From: an uncultured delta proteobacterium
GTDB taxonomy: Bacteria > Desulfobacterota > Desulfomonilia > UBA1062
DNA length: 64,000 nt
Reading direction: 5' to 3'
Assembly (NCBI GenBank): GCA_963798485.1
Contig: CAWCTR010000008.1
Coordinates: 1-64,000, forward strand
Shown here: positions 19,688 to 30,075 of the stretch, piece after piece
Numbering within the stretch: the stretch's first letter is position 1
Layout of the letters: the number at the start of each line of letters is the position of its first letter
Translations under genes and position numbers: made by a program
The notes under the pieces: generated by a model
What the model was told of the DNA's origin: nothing
The model's database searches: none
What the model saw: only the letters and a program-made list of their open reading frames with translations

Positions 19688-20678
19688 CTATCTCCTCCAT
19701 GCATAACTTGTAGAGTCTTTCCCAGGGCACGCTTGCTGCCCCGACCTCTGCAACTACAAGCCCTGCTGCGATGTTGGCGATAATGGCTGCTTCTTTCGGG
19801 GTTGCCCCTGAAGCCAATGCCAGGGTGAAGCTCGCAATAACCGTGTCGCCTGCGCCGGTTACATCATAGACCGCCTTTGCCGTGGTGGGTATGTCGGTGG
19901 TGGTGTTCTCTTTGGTAAAGAGGCTCATCCCATGCTCCCCTCGGGTCACCAGAACCATATCGCAGCCGAGGATGGCCTTGACCTTCCGGGCAGCCTGGAT
20001 GATGTCTTCATAGTTCTCTATCTTTATCCCTGCACCAAAGCTCAGCTCCTTGATGTTAGGTGTGATGACGCTTACGTTCTTGTAATGCGGAAAATTTCTT
20101 TCCTTGGGATCTACGCATACGGGGATGCCGCGTGAGCGGGCAAGGGGAACAAGCTGATTTATGAGTTTTTTGCTCACAACCCCTTTCCCGTAGTCGGAAA
20201 TAATGATCGCGTCGATATTCCTAAGGCAATCCTGGTATGACGAGACGAGCTTTTTCAGCATTGCCTCCGAGATTAAGGATTTATCCTCTTTGTCGATCCT
20301 TGCAACCTGCTGGGTATGGGCAATGATCCTGGTCTTTACCGTGGTGGACCGCTTGGGGTCGGTAAAAATGGAATCTGTCGGGATGTTCATGTCTTTAAGG
20401 ATATTTATCAGGATGTCGCCATGGCGGTCATTGCCTTTTACTGCATTAATGATCACCTTTGCCCCGAGGCTCAACAGATTGTTCGCAACGTTGCCGGCCC
20501 CACCGAGCTTGAAGAGCTCGCTTTGGACCTCTACAACAGGAACCGGGGCCTCTGGAGAGATGCGATCCACCTTGCCCCAGATATATTCATCGAGCATGAG
20601 ATCGCCGATAACCATGATCGTTTTTGATTTCATGGCATCGAATATGGTCCGGAGCCTTTTTTTGTTGATATTCAGCAT
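19680..20678 (-). CDS. hldA: Heptose-7-phosphate kinase (RfaE domain I)
   Basis: GDLMLD, RISPEAPVPV, SDYGKG, DVTGAGDT. Confidence 0.93.
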   Translation of the reverse strand: MLNINKKRLRTIFDAMKSKTIMVIGDLMLDEYIWGKVDRISPEAPVPVVEVQSELFKLGGAGNVANNLLSLGAKVIINAVKGNDRHGDILINILKDMNIPTDSIFTDPKRSTTVKTRIIAHTQQVARIDKEDKSLISEAMLKKLVSSYQDCLRNIDAIIISDYGKGVVSKKLINQLVPLARSRGIPVCVDPKERNFPHYKNVSVITPNIKELSFGAGIKIENYEDIIQAARKVKAILGCDMVLVTRGEHGMSLFTKENTTTDIPTTAKAVYDVTGAGDTVIASFTLALASGATPKEAAIIANIAAGLVVAEVGAASVPWERLYKLCMEEIGG

Positions 20679-20702
20679 GGGCTAACTATCTTGGCTCTTT
20701 AT

Positions 20703-21908
20703 TTAATTGTCAAGGAAAAGGGCATTCACAAAATCTTTTGCATAGAATGGCTGGAGATCGTCCATATCTTCGCCTATACCGATGAATCTGATGGGGATCT
20801 CGAACTCGTTGGCGATCCCTACGATGACCCCTCCTTTGGATGATCCGTCAAGCTTTGTCAGAGCAATCCCGGTAATGCCCAGGGCATTGTTGAATTGCCG
20901 GGTCTGTTCTATGGCATTTTGGCCGATGGTGGCATCAAGCACGAGGAGGATCTCATGGGGGGCGCCTTCATATTTCTTCCCGAGCACCTTCTTGGTCTTT
21001 TTCAACTCTTCCATAAGGTTTTCTTTCGTATGGAGCCTTCCTGCGGTATCGATAATGAGAACGTCATGGTTCCTGGCAATAGCTGCCTGAAGTCCATCAA
21101 AGGCAACGGCTGAAGGGTCTGAGCCTTCCTGTGCCTTGACGAAGTCGGCTCCTACCTTGTTGGCCCAGTGCTCAAGCTGTTCTATGGCAGCGGCCCGGAA
21201 GGTATCTCCTGAGGCTATTATCACCGATTTCCCTTTGTTCTTCAGGTGGTAGGCGATCTTGGCAATGGTAGTGGTCTTCCCTGAGCCGTTTACCCCGGTT
21301 ACCATAATAACATAAGGTTTGACACCCTCGGGGACCTCTAGGGGCGACTCGCGTTTTTCGAGGATGGATTCGACCTCGGTTCGGATAGCTCTTAGGGCTG
21401 AATCAGGACCCTCAAGAGACGCGGCATTTTTTTTGATGGACTCGAAGAGGGCATAAGCGGTTTTCATGCCGATATCACTGCCCACGAGGGTTTCTTCAAA
21501 TTCGGTAAGCAGGCCTTGATCAATGGTGGAAGACTTCTTGAATACGGCGGATATTCTGCCAATGAACCCCTTGTGGGTCTTTGATAATCCTTTGCCGAGT
21601 TTTTCTTCCCGTGTAGGTTTAAGCGGGGCCTTTTTCCCCGGTTCAGCAGGCTTCCCCGGCAAAGCAGGGGCCTCACCCGGAGAAGGTAATGCCTCGACCT
21701 CATGCGGCTTCGGCAACCTGGGGTGGATGCCGGGCAAGGGCAGTATCCATATGTTGAGTGCAACAGCAATGACGAGATAAATCCATGAAGGGATGTCCGT
21801 AATAATAGGGATGACAAGAAGGGCCCGGGCATCAGCTATATATAGAAAGAAGAAGGCATAACTTAAGAGAAAAATGATATAATCTCTCGCCTGGAATCTG
21901 TAATTCAA
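20703..21908 (-). CDS. ftsY: SRP receptor FtsY with hydrophobic N-terminus
   Basis: GVNGSGKTTT, DTFRAAA, DTAGR, TKLDG. Confidence 0.95.
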   Translation of the reverse strand: MNYRFQARDYIIFLLSYAFFFLYIADARALLVIPIITDIPSWIYLVIAVALNIWILPLPGIHPRLPKPHEVEALPSPGEAPALPGKPAEPGKKAPLKPTREEKLGKGLSKTHKGFIGRISAVFKKSSTIDQGLLTEFEETLVGSDIGMKTAYALFESIKKNAASLEGPDSALRAIRTEVESILEKRESPLEVPEGVKPYVIMVTGVNGSGKTTTIAKIAYHLKNKGKSVIIASGDTFRAAAIEQLEHWANKVGADFVKAQEGSDPSAVAFDGLQAAIARNHDVLIIDTAGRLHTKENLMEELKKTKKVLGKKYEGAPHEILLVLDATIGQNAIEQTRQFNNALGITGIALTKLDGSSKGGVIVGIANEFEIPIRFIGIGEDMDDLQPFYAKDFVNALFLDN

Positions 21909-22002
21909 GATGTACCTCCTCTAGGGAATGTGCGGGCTATACCTACCATAGGGTTCATGAAAGAACAAGATACTGCTGTTTGCCTCCAGCTGTAGAAATA
22001 TA

Positions 22003-22056
22003 TTGACTGGAGAGGGTGATCAGTGTACTTATTGTAAAGCATAAAGTACAACTTTA
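22003..22056 (+). promoter_or_regulatory. Sigma70-like promoter plus palindromic operator
   Basis: TTGACT-17-TACTTA followed by TAAAGT-aca-ACTTTA. Confidence 0.55.
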
Positions 22057-22082
22057 ACCTACTATCTTCTTAGGGGGAAGAA

Positions 22083-23072
22083 ATGATCAAGACCGCCATT
22101 ACAGACATGTTCAACATCGAGTACCCTGTTATCTGCGGCGCCATGATGTGGCTTTGCACGCCAAAGCTGTGCGCGGCCATCTCGAATGCCGGGGGTATGG
22201 GAAACCTCACGGCCGGTAATTATGAAACCGAAGAGCAGTTCCGCTCCGCCATCAGAGAGGTGAAGAAGCTTACGGACAAGCCGTTCATGGTGGGCATCAC
22301 GATACTTCCATCGGTACGCATTACATCGGAACATCATGCCATGTATGCCAAGGTGTGTGCAGAAGAACAGGTTGCAGGCATTGAGGTCTCGGGCACACCG
22401 CTTGACAAGGCGCTGGGCAAAAAGGTCTTCGATGAGCTGAAGAATGCAGGTGTGAAACTTTTCCATAAGCTGGGCTCTGTGAGACATGCTCTCCATGCCG
22501 AAAAGGCCGGTTACGATGGTGTGTATGCCGCAGGTTTTGAGGAGGGTGGACACCCGCTGGGAGATGACGTTACTACCATGGTTCTTACCCCGAGGATTGC
22601 TGATTCCGTCAAGATCCCGGTTGTTACCGTGGGAGGCATTGCCGATGGCAGATCCCTGGCTGCAGCACTCACCCTCGGGGCACAAGGGGTCATGATGGCG
22701 AGCAGGTTCATTGCCACAAAAGAATGCGATGTTCACGAGAATATCAAGCAGGAGCTCATCAAGCGTCAGGAATACGAGACCACTATTATGTGCAAGACCA
22801 TCGGTCTCCAGGGTAGGGCGCTGAAGAACAAGATTATTTCTGAGGTGCTTGCCGCTGAAGCCGCGGGAAAGGGGATCGAGGCCCTTATACCTCTTATAGC
22901 CGGGCAGCGCATCAAAAAGGCCTGGGAGACCGGGGATGTGGAAGATGCACCCATGATGGTAGGGCAGTCCATCGGACATATCAAGGATATCATCACCTGT
23001 AAGGAACTGCTCAAGAAGATGCACGATGATGCTATTACGTGCCTCAAGAAGACATCAAGCCTGGTCCGGTGA
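22083..23072 (+). CDS. Nitronate monooxygenase / FabK-like flavoenzyme
   Basis: AAISNAGG, GFEEGGH, GGIADGR. Confidence 0.9.
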   Translation: MIKTAITDMFNIEYPVICGAMMWLCTPKLCAAISNAGGMGNLTAGNYETEEQFRSAIREVKKLTDKPFMVGITILPSVRITSEHHAMYAKVCAEEQVAGIEVSGTPLDKALGKKVFDELKNAGVKLFHKLGSVRHALHAEKAGYDGVYAAGFEEGGHPLGDDVTTMVLTPRIADSVKIPVVTVGGIADGRSLAAALTLGAQGVMMASRFIATKECDVHENIKQELIKRQEYETTIMCKTIGLQGRALKNKIISEVLAAEAAGKGIEALIPLIAGQRIKKAWETGDVEDAPMMVGQSIGHIKDIITCKELLKKMHDDAITCLKKTSSLVR

Positions 23073-23086
23073 AAGCTCATAAAAAG

Positions 23087-23130
23087 AAAGCGGTCATGCC
23101 TGATCCGAATACGGGGCGCATGACCGCTTT
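23087..23130. terminator. Bidirectional terminator
   Basis: AAAGCGGTCATGC..GCATGACCGCTTT between convergent genes. Confidence 0.75.
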
Positions 23131-23147
23131 TAGTTTTCTCAAGGTAT

Positions 23148-24287
23148 TTAAATCTCTTTAGTCTTCTTCTTTGACGCAGTCTTCCTGGGAGTCCTTGCAA
23201 CCTTAGACTTTGGTGTATCAGCCGCAAACGCCTTCACAGAGCCATTCGCCATTGCTGCGAGATTCATGGCTATCTCTTCAGCCTCTTTCACCGTCCGTTC
23301 GATGGCCTCTGTAACCGTCGGGATATCTCTCATTAATCCGGTTACCTGACCTACGGGAAGCACACCCTTGTGGATATCGCCATCCTCGGTGGCAATGCGT
23401 ATTGCATTGAAGGCATTTGCCATGAATGCAAGCTGTCTGGCGTTCTTCCATCCGGAGGCCATGACACCCAGGAAAAGTTTGAAGTAGGGGAGGTGGAGTT
23501 GATTGGCGATGGCTACGGAATTGGGCAGCGCCTCAATGAGCTTTCTTATGTTCAGGCCTTGACGGACTGCATCTCTGGCTGCCTTGGTATCAAGCACCCT
23601 GCAGCCAAGGCCATCAAACCGGGTTGAATAAACGGTATCATAAACATCCTTCTGGATGGAAAGCTGTTTGTAATTCTCATGGAGCGGGCTCTCTTTCGTG
23701 GCCATGAGCCTGGTCCCCATGGCAGCGGCATCTGCCCCGAGTGCAATGGCTGCCGCGAGTCCTCTTCCATCTGCAATACCGCCTGCTGCTATGATGGGGA
23801 TGTTGACTGCATTTGCAATGCTTGGAACAAGGCAGAAGGTGGTTGCATCTCCTCCATGGGCTGCGGCTTCATGACCGGTCACGAGCAGCGCGTCACACCC
23901 ATAGTCCTGGGCGCGTTTGGCGTGCTTATGATTGACTACCGTAGCTACAACCTTTCCGCCATATTCATGGGCGGCCTTCACGATCCAGTCGCCTTTGCCC
24001 AGTGAGAAGTTGATGACAGGAACCTTCTCTTCAAGGGCCACCCGAGCATTATCGGAGGCACCGGGAAAGAGCAATGTGGCATTAGTGCCGAAGGGCTTGT
24101 TCGTGAGCGATTTGATTTCTCTGATGGCGGCTCGTGTCTGTTCGGCATCGAACGGACCGGTAGCAAGAATGCCGAGGCCGCCTGCATTGGATACGGCAGC
24201 AACCATCTTCGGTACGCTGATCCAGCTCATGCCTGAAAGGACAATGGGATGTTTGATGCCGAAGAGCTCAGTTATGCGTGTCTTCAT
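23148..24287 (-). CDS. Nitronate monooxygenase / FabK-like flavoenzyme
   Basis: AAVSNAGGLG, GHEAAAHGG, AAGGIADGRG; Lys-rich tail. Confidence 0.9.
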   Translation of the reverse strand: MKTRITELFGIKHPIVLSGMSWISVPKMVAAVSNAGGLGILATGPFDAEQTRAAIREIKSLTNKPFGTNATLLFPGASDNARVALEEKVPVINFSLGKGDWIVKAAHEYGGKVVATVVNHKHAKRAQDYGCDALLVTGHEAAAHGGDATTFCLVPSIANAVNIPIIAAGGIADGRGLAAAIALGADAAAMGTRLMATKESPLHENYKQLSIQKDVYDTVYSTRFDGLGCRVLDTKAARDAVRQGLNIRKLIEALPNSVAIANQLHLPYFKLFLGVMASGWKNARQLAFMANAFNAIRIATEDGDIHKGVLPVGQVTGLMRDIPTVTEAIERTVKEAEEIAMNLAAMANGSVKAFAADTPKSKVARTPRKTASKKKTKEI

Positions 24288-24366
24288 ATGTGACTCCCCT
24301 AAGATTTGTTTTTAATAAAATAAAGAGGGCTACCTTTCAATAATGCCCCGGGTAAGTTGTAAAGAT

Positions 24367-24415
24367 TAAAGTTAAACTATAAGGTTTTATACTGGATAAA
24401 TCACGGCATTGTCAA
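24367..24415 (-). promoter_or_regulatory. Sigma70 promoter plus operator
   Basis: Minus strand TTGACA-18-TATAAA followed by TATAGT-tta-ACTTTA. Confidence 0.65.
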
Positions 24416-24487
24416 GATCAGTTTTCTTTACATTTTGAATATGACGTTGAAGGGCATCGGTAAGGAGATAAAGCATCACTTGTGCGC

Positions 24488-25753
24488 CTACTTAACCGTA
24501 ACCAATACACTCGCGGCAGCATCATCAGGGGTTTTACCCCCTTGCGACGTATCCTTTACCGCAAGTGTAATAGAATATATCCCAGGAGTATTCAGGGTTA
24601 TACCTTGTGTTATCATATAGGTCCGAGGAGAAAGGTAAACAACTACCTCATTCAGGGGATTATAGGAATCGCCGGCAACTCCCGCGAACCATCCATAATA
24701 GAGCGGGACATCTCCGTTGTAAATTGTTGCCTGGAAATTCACGGTGCTCCCTGCCGTAATTGTTGTCCCTCCAGGGGATGAGATGATCGAGGCTATGGGA
24801 ATGGAATCACTTGCAAAGGGACCTTCCTGGGTCTCCGGTCCTAAAACGGTAATGTGGCGTACATCCGTACTCTTATCGCCGGTGCTGTCGGATGATGTAA
24901 AGGTGAGGGAATATGAACCTTGTGTCCTAAAGGGATAGTTACCAGGACTTTGCTTTGTTGAGACCGGTTTATCGTTGATTTGCCATGAATAGGTGTAAGG
25001 AGCCTTACCGCCATAAACAGAACCTTGCAGGTTTAATGACTGTCCTTCTACCATGATTATGCTCTTAAACAGCAGATTGATAGACGCTTGAATCCTCAGG
25101 TTCTTGAGCGCATCAGCGGCCTGTTCGTCTTCTGCCGCAATCTGGTTTATGGTATTTTCCAGATGGATTTGCGCATCTTCTGCAGATACAAGGTTGGTCA
25201 CCTCTTCAGGATATATTCCAAGACCGTTCAATTTGTTGAACATCTCTTGGATGCCTGCACTGTTATCAAGATTAGGGTTAGATAAGTCCACAACTATACC
25301 GGACAGGGCATTCCGAACAGTTTCTGAAATTGTGATGCCGTTATCAGGATTCCCGTCTTGATCGAGAGACATAAGCAATCGGGCTATGTTTATCACCTTC
25401 GTACTGGAGGTTGTAGCACCAGATCCACCCAAATCCACAGGTGTTACTATGCTTTTAGCCGTAGTATTTCCAAGAATCACACTGCCGATGGAAAAGGTTA
25501 TTTGTTCTCCATCTTGATAATAAAAGGTTCCTTGTGAATCCGTTGTGCCGGACCAGGTGGTGGTTTCGTATTGAAGGCCTTCCACAGGGCTATCAATAAA
25601 GTAGCCAACATTATATGTACCTTCAGGTTTAAGTACGACTGGGCCACCCCCTCCTTTGCTGCATCCCGTTATCCCGAGTAGGAGACAGAATAGTGCACTC
25701 ATACCCATGAAAACGAGCATACGAACACGTATGACCAGGAGAAGAGGCTGCAT
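24488..25753 (-). CDS. Lipoprotein with PKD/Ig-like domains
   Basis: Lipobox ITGC; GYFIDSPVEGL; GGKAPYTYSW. Confidence 0.75.
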   Translation of the reverse strand: MQPLLLVIRVRMLVFMGMSALFCLLLGITGCSKGGGGPVVLKPEGTYNVGYFIDSPVEGLQYETTTWSGTTDSQGTFYYQDGEQITFSIGSVILGNTTAKSIVTPVDLGGSGATTSSTKVINIARLLMSLDQDGNPDNGITISETVRNALSGIVVDLSNPNLDNSAGIQEMFNKLNGLGIYPEEVTNLVSAEDAQIHLENTINQIAAEDEQAADALKNLRIQASINLLFKSIIMVEGQSLNLQGSVYGGKAPYTYSWQINDKPVSTKQSPGNYPFRTQGSYSLTFTSSDSTGDKSTDVRHITVLGPETQEGPFASDSIPIASIISSPGGTTITAGSTVNFQATIYNGDVPLYYGWFAGVAGDSYNPLNEVVVYLSPRTYMITQGITLNTPGIYSITLAVKDTSQGGKTPDDAAASVLVTVK

Positions 25754-26159
25754 CGTTGTCTGTCCTTTCGGCCTAATAACTTAATACCGCTAAATAAATA
25801 TTGGTACAGTTCTTAATACTGCTTGTCTTTATCCATATGCCCTTAACAGACAAAGACAAACCTGCATATTGTGGGATGCTGAGTGTTATAGATTTATGCC
25901 TGTCCTAAGTTTCATCCCCTCCATTAAGAGATACTACCCTAACGATAATGAAAAAAGTGACGAGACACATCACAAAAAAATGCAATTATATGCTTGTGTT
26001 GCAAGATTCATGCTCAATGAGTGGGCTTGAAAATTCGGTGCGTTATGAAGGCGCATCAATAAATTTTCAGAAATATTGGAAAAGAATTACACAATTTATG
26101 GAAAGAAAGTATCCAGTTGCATCATACGTGCCGTAACATTCCTCGTATACCGGGATTCA

Positions 26160-26855
26160 TTATTCACTAAGGCTCTTCTGGATGACAGCCTGAACCCTTC
26201 TCTGGAATAGTCTGCGGATGATATAGCCCCTCAGGAGATCCGCCATCTTTGAAATCTCCGTGGTAACACGGATATTGTCCTGTTGTGTTTTCCCTTTGAC
26301 AGCTACCTTGCGAAGGTTCATTTCGTTTTCGACAATCTGTTTTCCCAGTTCAACATAAAAGCTCAGCTCATGGAGATCCTGACCAAAGGAGATGATCTTC
26401 TTTAGGACCTCCCTGGCAAAACGGACATCTTCCTGATTATAAAGGATGCGTCCTTTTTCCTGGAGATATGGTATCATAAGCCCGATTTTAAGGGCAGTAA
26501 GGAGTTCATCATTCGTAAGCCCGGATGCTTCAAGGAATTGGGCCTTGTCCATTACATTATCGGGTGTCACGGATTGCGCCCCAAAGACAGCATCCTCGAT
26601 GGCTTCAGCCTCATCCAAGCTGAGTCCCTTCTCCATTCTCCGCAGGATGTTTTTGATCACCGACAGGGGAAAATACTTTCGTTCCTGAAGATGGCGGATG
26701 GCAAGAATATTTTCTATGCATCGCTCATCATAATAGGCCATACTCTTGTTGACCTTATCGGGCTCCGGAAGGAGTCCTTGCCGTACATAGTAACGGATTG
26801 TTGACGGGGGCACACCGCTTTTCTTGGCAATCTCTCCGATTTTCAGCCCCATCAC
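26160..26855 (-). CDS. MerR-family transcriptional regulator
   Basis: IGEIAKKSGVPPSTIRYYVRQGLLP. Confidence 0.92.
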   Translation of the reverse strand: MMGLKIGEIAKKSGVPPSTIRYYVRQGLLPEPDKVNKSMAYYDERCIENILAIRHLQERKYFPLSVIKNILRRMEKGLSLDEAEAIEDAVFGAQSVTPDNVMDKAQFLEASGLTNDELLTALKIGLMIPYLQEKGRILYNQEDVRFAREVLKKIISFGQDLHELSFYVELGKQIVENEMNLRKVAVKGKTQQDNIRVTTEISKMADLLRGYIIRRLFQRRVQAVIQKSLSE

Positions 26856-26871
26856 CTGCTCCTCTTAAGCA

Positions 26872-26918
26872 TGGAGTTAAACTATAAGATATATAAATCA
26901 TTGTGTCGAACGTGTCAA
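26872..26918 (-). promoter_or_regulatory. Sigma70 promoter plus operator of the merR-type gene
   Basis: Minus strand TTGACA-17-TATATA followed by CTTATAGTTTAACT, a 14-mer identical to the 24370 site. Confidence 0.65.
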
Positions 26919-26952
26919 AGGAGAGATTACTTATGATAATAATTCCTTATTG

Positions 26953-27642
26953 TCAGGGAATAAACCGATAGCCCTTGCCCCTTATGCTGATGATGTGCTC
27001 GGGTTTGGCGGGGTCTGTCTCCAGATATCTTCTTATCCGGGAAATGAACGTGTCCACGGTCCTGGTCTCGATATCAGGATCGAGGCCCCAGACATTCTTA
27101 AGAAGCTCGGAACGGGTCACAATACGGTCCTGGTGGAGGGTAAGATATTGGATGAGGTTTGCTTCATGGGGGGTAATGCGTGAGATTTTTCCTGTAGCAT
27201 CAATGATTTCCAGGGTGTTGAAGTCGATTTTCGTTTTGCCGAGTAACAGACTGTCCTCATTCTTGTACCATTGGTAACGGTCGAGCATCCTGTGCACCCT
27301 GAGAAGAAATTCCTCCAGGTGAAAGGGCTTGGTAAGGTAGTCATCGGCGCCGGCCTTCAGACCCTCAATCTTGTCATCCACCGAAGAACGTGCGGTGAGG
27401 ATGAGCACAGGCAGCTTAAGATTCTCGCTCCTTATACGCTCAAGCGCTTCAACACCGTCCATACCAGGCAGCATGAGATCGAGGACAACAAGATCTACAC
27501 TGGAGTTATCAAGGATGGTCAAGCCTTCTTCAGCGGTTAGTGCATGGAGGACCTCATACCCTTCCGCCTCCAGATTTATTCTGAGACCCAGTGAGAGTGC
27601 ATGATCATCTTCTACTATGAGAATGCGCCACTTGATTGTCAT
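26953..27642 (-). CDS. OmpR-family response regulator
   Basis: VEDD, LDLMLPG, GADDYLTKPF, GKGYRF. Confidence 0.95.
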   Translation of the reverse strand: MTIKWRILIVEDDHALSLGLRINLEAEGYEVLHALTAEEGLTILDNSSVDLVVLDLMLPGMDGVEALERIRSENLKLPVLILTARSSVDDKIEGLKAGADDYLTKPFHLEEFLLRVHRMLDRYQWYKNEDSLLLGKTKIDFNTLEIIDATGKISRITPHEANLIQYLTLHQDRIVTRSELLKNVWGLDPDIETRTVDTFISRIRRYLETDPAKPEHIISIRGKGYRFIP

Positions 27643-28553
27643 GAGCGTGCAAGGGGCAACCGTATTCTGAAGGAGGTGCCCTCTCCCTTATCTACAACGT
27701 TCACTCTGATATTCCCCCCATGTGCCTTTACGATACCCTTAACCACATACAGGCCAATGCCTGTTCCCGAACCCCAGAGGCTGGCCCCCTCCGGGAGCCT
27801 CTTGAACATCTTGAATATATCCCGGTGTTGTTCTTCGGGTATGCCGATCCCTCTATCAGAAAATTCGATAAATGCCCACCTGTCTTCTTTCCACATCTTG
27901 ATATCCACCTTTGGGGATGAGGGTGAATAATGGATGGCGTTTTCGATAAGGTTTGAAAAGACCATTTCAAGTGCATCGCTATCCACTAAGACGGGGATAG
28001 TATCATCGGGTGCGTGGATATGCAGCTCGACATCTTTCAGAAACACCTCGTTATTCATTATGTAGGATGACATGAGCTGAGGCAAGGAAATGGCGGAGAA
28101 TGTATAGGGTCTTTGCTTGGAGCTCAGACGGGCTCCCTCAAGGAAGTTATAGACCAAGGATTTCAATCGTTGGTTTACGGTTCGCATGCCATTAAAGAGC
28201 TCTGCCTTTGTGTTTTCCGGGAGATCCCTCTTGGCGATTGTTTCGAGGTAGAGCTGCATAGTGGCCAAAGGTGTTTTGAAGGAATGGGTGACGGACTGGA
28301 GGATATGTATTTGGGTCCTCAAAAGGGTGAGCTGCCTCTGATAGAGAATGAAGAGCGCATAGATCCCTGCAAGGATGAGGGTAAACAGGATAGAAACCTC
28401 GCTTATGATGACAACATCCCAAACACCTATGGGGCGTATGCGGATATGGCGGTAATGAATAAACCAGACCACACCTATGACCAACACGATAAGCCAGGCA
28501 ATCTGAATAATGATGAGGAGAAGGATGGTAGGCCATCGCTTGGGCTGTTCCAT
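27639..28553 (-). CDS. Sensor histidine kinase
   Basis: Two TM helices, THSFKTPL, NLIENAI, GTGIGL. Confidence 0.92.
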   Translation of the reverse strand: MEQPKRWPTILLLIIIQIAWLIVLVIGVVWFIHYRHIRIRPIGVWDVVIISEVSILFTLILAGIYALFILYQRQLTLLRTQIHILQSVTHSFKTPLATMQLYLETIAKRDLPENTKAELFNGMRTVNQRLKSLVYNFLEGARLSSKQRPYTFSAISLPQLMSSYIMNNEVFLKDVELHIHAPDDTIPVLVDSDALEMVFSNLIENAIHYSPSSPKVDIKMWKEDRWAFIEFSDRGIGIPEEQHRDIFKMFKRLPEGASLWGSGTGIGLYVVKGIVKAHGGNIRVNVVDKGEGTSFRIRLPLARS

Positions 28554-28614
28554 GACTGTACGTTAATACCACTAGAGGCCTAAGGGATCAAATATAAAAC
28601 CGGATTAACAAATA

Positions 28615-29937
28615 TCAGGCCATCTCCCCTGTTAGTGAATTTGGGTTGGCGCGTGTGATGCGAACCGGGAGTGTTTTTCCGACAAGACCTTGGTCGCCCA
28701 AGAAGTTTACAATGGCGTTTTGTGAGGTCCTTCCCTGGACCTGGAAAGGGTTCTTCGGGCTTATCCCATCGACAAGGACGGTATACATATTTCCAATGCG
28801 GTCTTGATTATTTTCAAGGGTTATCCTTTTTTGAAGGGCCTGAAGTTCTTTAAGTCTCTCGGTCTTTTCTTCATAAGAAACATTGTCATCAAGCTGGGCT
28901 GCCGCGGTACCGGGTCGTACCGAATACTTAAATGAGTAGAGCACATCAAACCGGACTGCCTTGATGACGGCAAGGGTGTCCAGGTAATCCTGCTCCGACT
29001 CATCCGGGAAACCCACCATGACGTCCGCGCTGAAGGAAATGTCAGGCCTTGCAGAGCGAAGCCGTTCGATGAGATCGAGGTATGAATGGCGGGTGTAGTG
29101 CCGGTTCATTGCCTTGAGCACACTGTCGGAGCCGGATTGGAAGGGGAGGTGTATATGGCTGCATACTTTGTCGAGGTCTTTAAAACATTCAATGAGACCA
29201 TCGCTCACATCCTTGGGGTGGGATGTGGTGAAGCGGATACGTTCGATCCCGTCAATTGCATGGATACCTCTCAATAACCCAGGGAAGGAGATACCTCCAT
29301 TATAAGAATTGACATTCTGGCCAAGCAGGAAGACCTCCTTGACCCCTCGTGAGGCATGCAGTCCAATCTCGCTGAGTACTTTTTTGTAATCCCTGCTTAT
29401 CTCATGGCCCCGCACATAGGGTACGATGCAATATGAGCAGTAGTTGTCGCATCCCTGCATGATATTGATATATGAGCGGTGGGGATGGTCTGATAAACCC
29501 TGCTCAGAGACAATATCCATGGAAGGTATGTCCTTGGAAAACCCGGTCTCCGTGATTGGATAGGCTGCATTGCGTACGTTCTCTATGAGATAGGGCAGGC
29601 GATGGAGCTGGTGGGTGCCAAGTATAATGTCCACATGGGGCATGCGCTCCCTGATGCGCTCACCCTCCTGCTGGGCCACGCAGCCTGTAACGGCGATAAT
29701 TAAAGAATGCTTCCTCGACTTATGGGTCTTCAATCTCCCTAAATTGCTCATGGCCTTTTCATAGGCCTTTTGTCTGACAGAGCAGGTGTTGAGGATGATG
29801 ATATCCGCCTCTGCCGTCTCCTGGGTGGGTGTAAACCCCATGGTGGAAAGCTCTGAGTACATCTTGAGGCTGTCAAGGTCGTTCATCTGGCAGCCATAGG
29901 TGAATATCTTGATGCGACCCTTCATAAAACCATCCAT
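28615..29937 (-). CDS. miaB: tRNA methylthiotransferase MiaB
   Basis: TYGCQMN, NTCSVR, CDNYCSYC, TRAM domain. Confidence 0.95.
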   Translation of the reverse strand: MDGFMKGRIKIFTYGCQMNDLDSLKMYSELSTMGFTPTQETAEADIIILNTCSVRQKAYEKAMSNLGRLKTHKSRKHSLIIAVTGCVAQQEGERIRERMPHVDIILGTHQLHRLPYLIENVRNAAYPITETGFSKDIPSMDIVSEQGLSDHPHRSYINIMQGCDNYCSYCIVPYVRGHEISRDYKKVLSEIGLHASRGVKEVFLLGQNVNSYNGGISFPGLLRGIHAIDGIERIRFTTSHPKDVSDGLIECFKDLDKVCSHIHLPFQSGSDSVLKAMNRHYTRHSYLDLIERLRSARPDISFSADVMVGFPDESEQDYLDTLAVIKAVRFDVLYSFKYSVRPGTAAAQLDDNVSYEEKTERLKELQALQKRITLENNQDRIGNMYTVLVDGISPKNPFQVQGRTSQNAIVNFLGDQGLVGKTLPVRITRANPNSLTGEMA

Positions 29938-30075
29938 ATATCCTTTAGGATCAAGAGAGTCAATGGTTGCCCAAAATGGATACATAGTATACGTGTTATA
30001 ATTGAAGTCCCCTATTGCAACCTTGGAAAACTGCCGATAAGTAAGGGTGAGTCTTATCCGAAAAGGAGACAGTTG

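Noticed and set aside
25850-25885. c-di-GMP-I riboswitch-like GACAAACC..GGGATGC
   Set aside because: Lacks the GAAA loop and second stem, and faces away from the neighbouring gene
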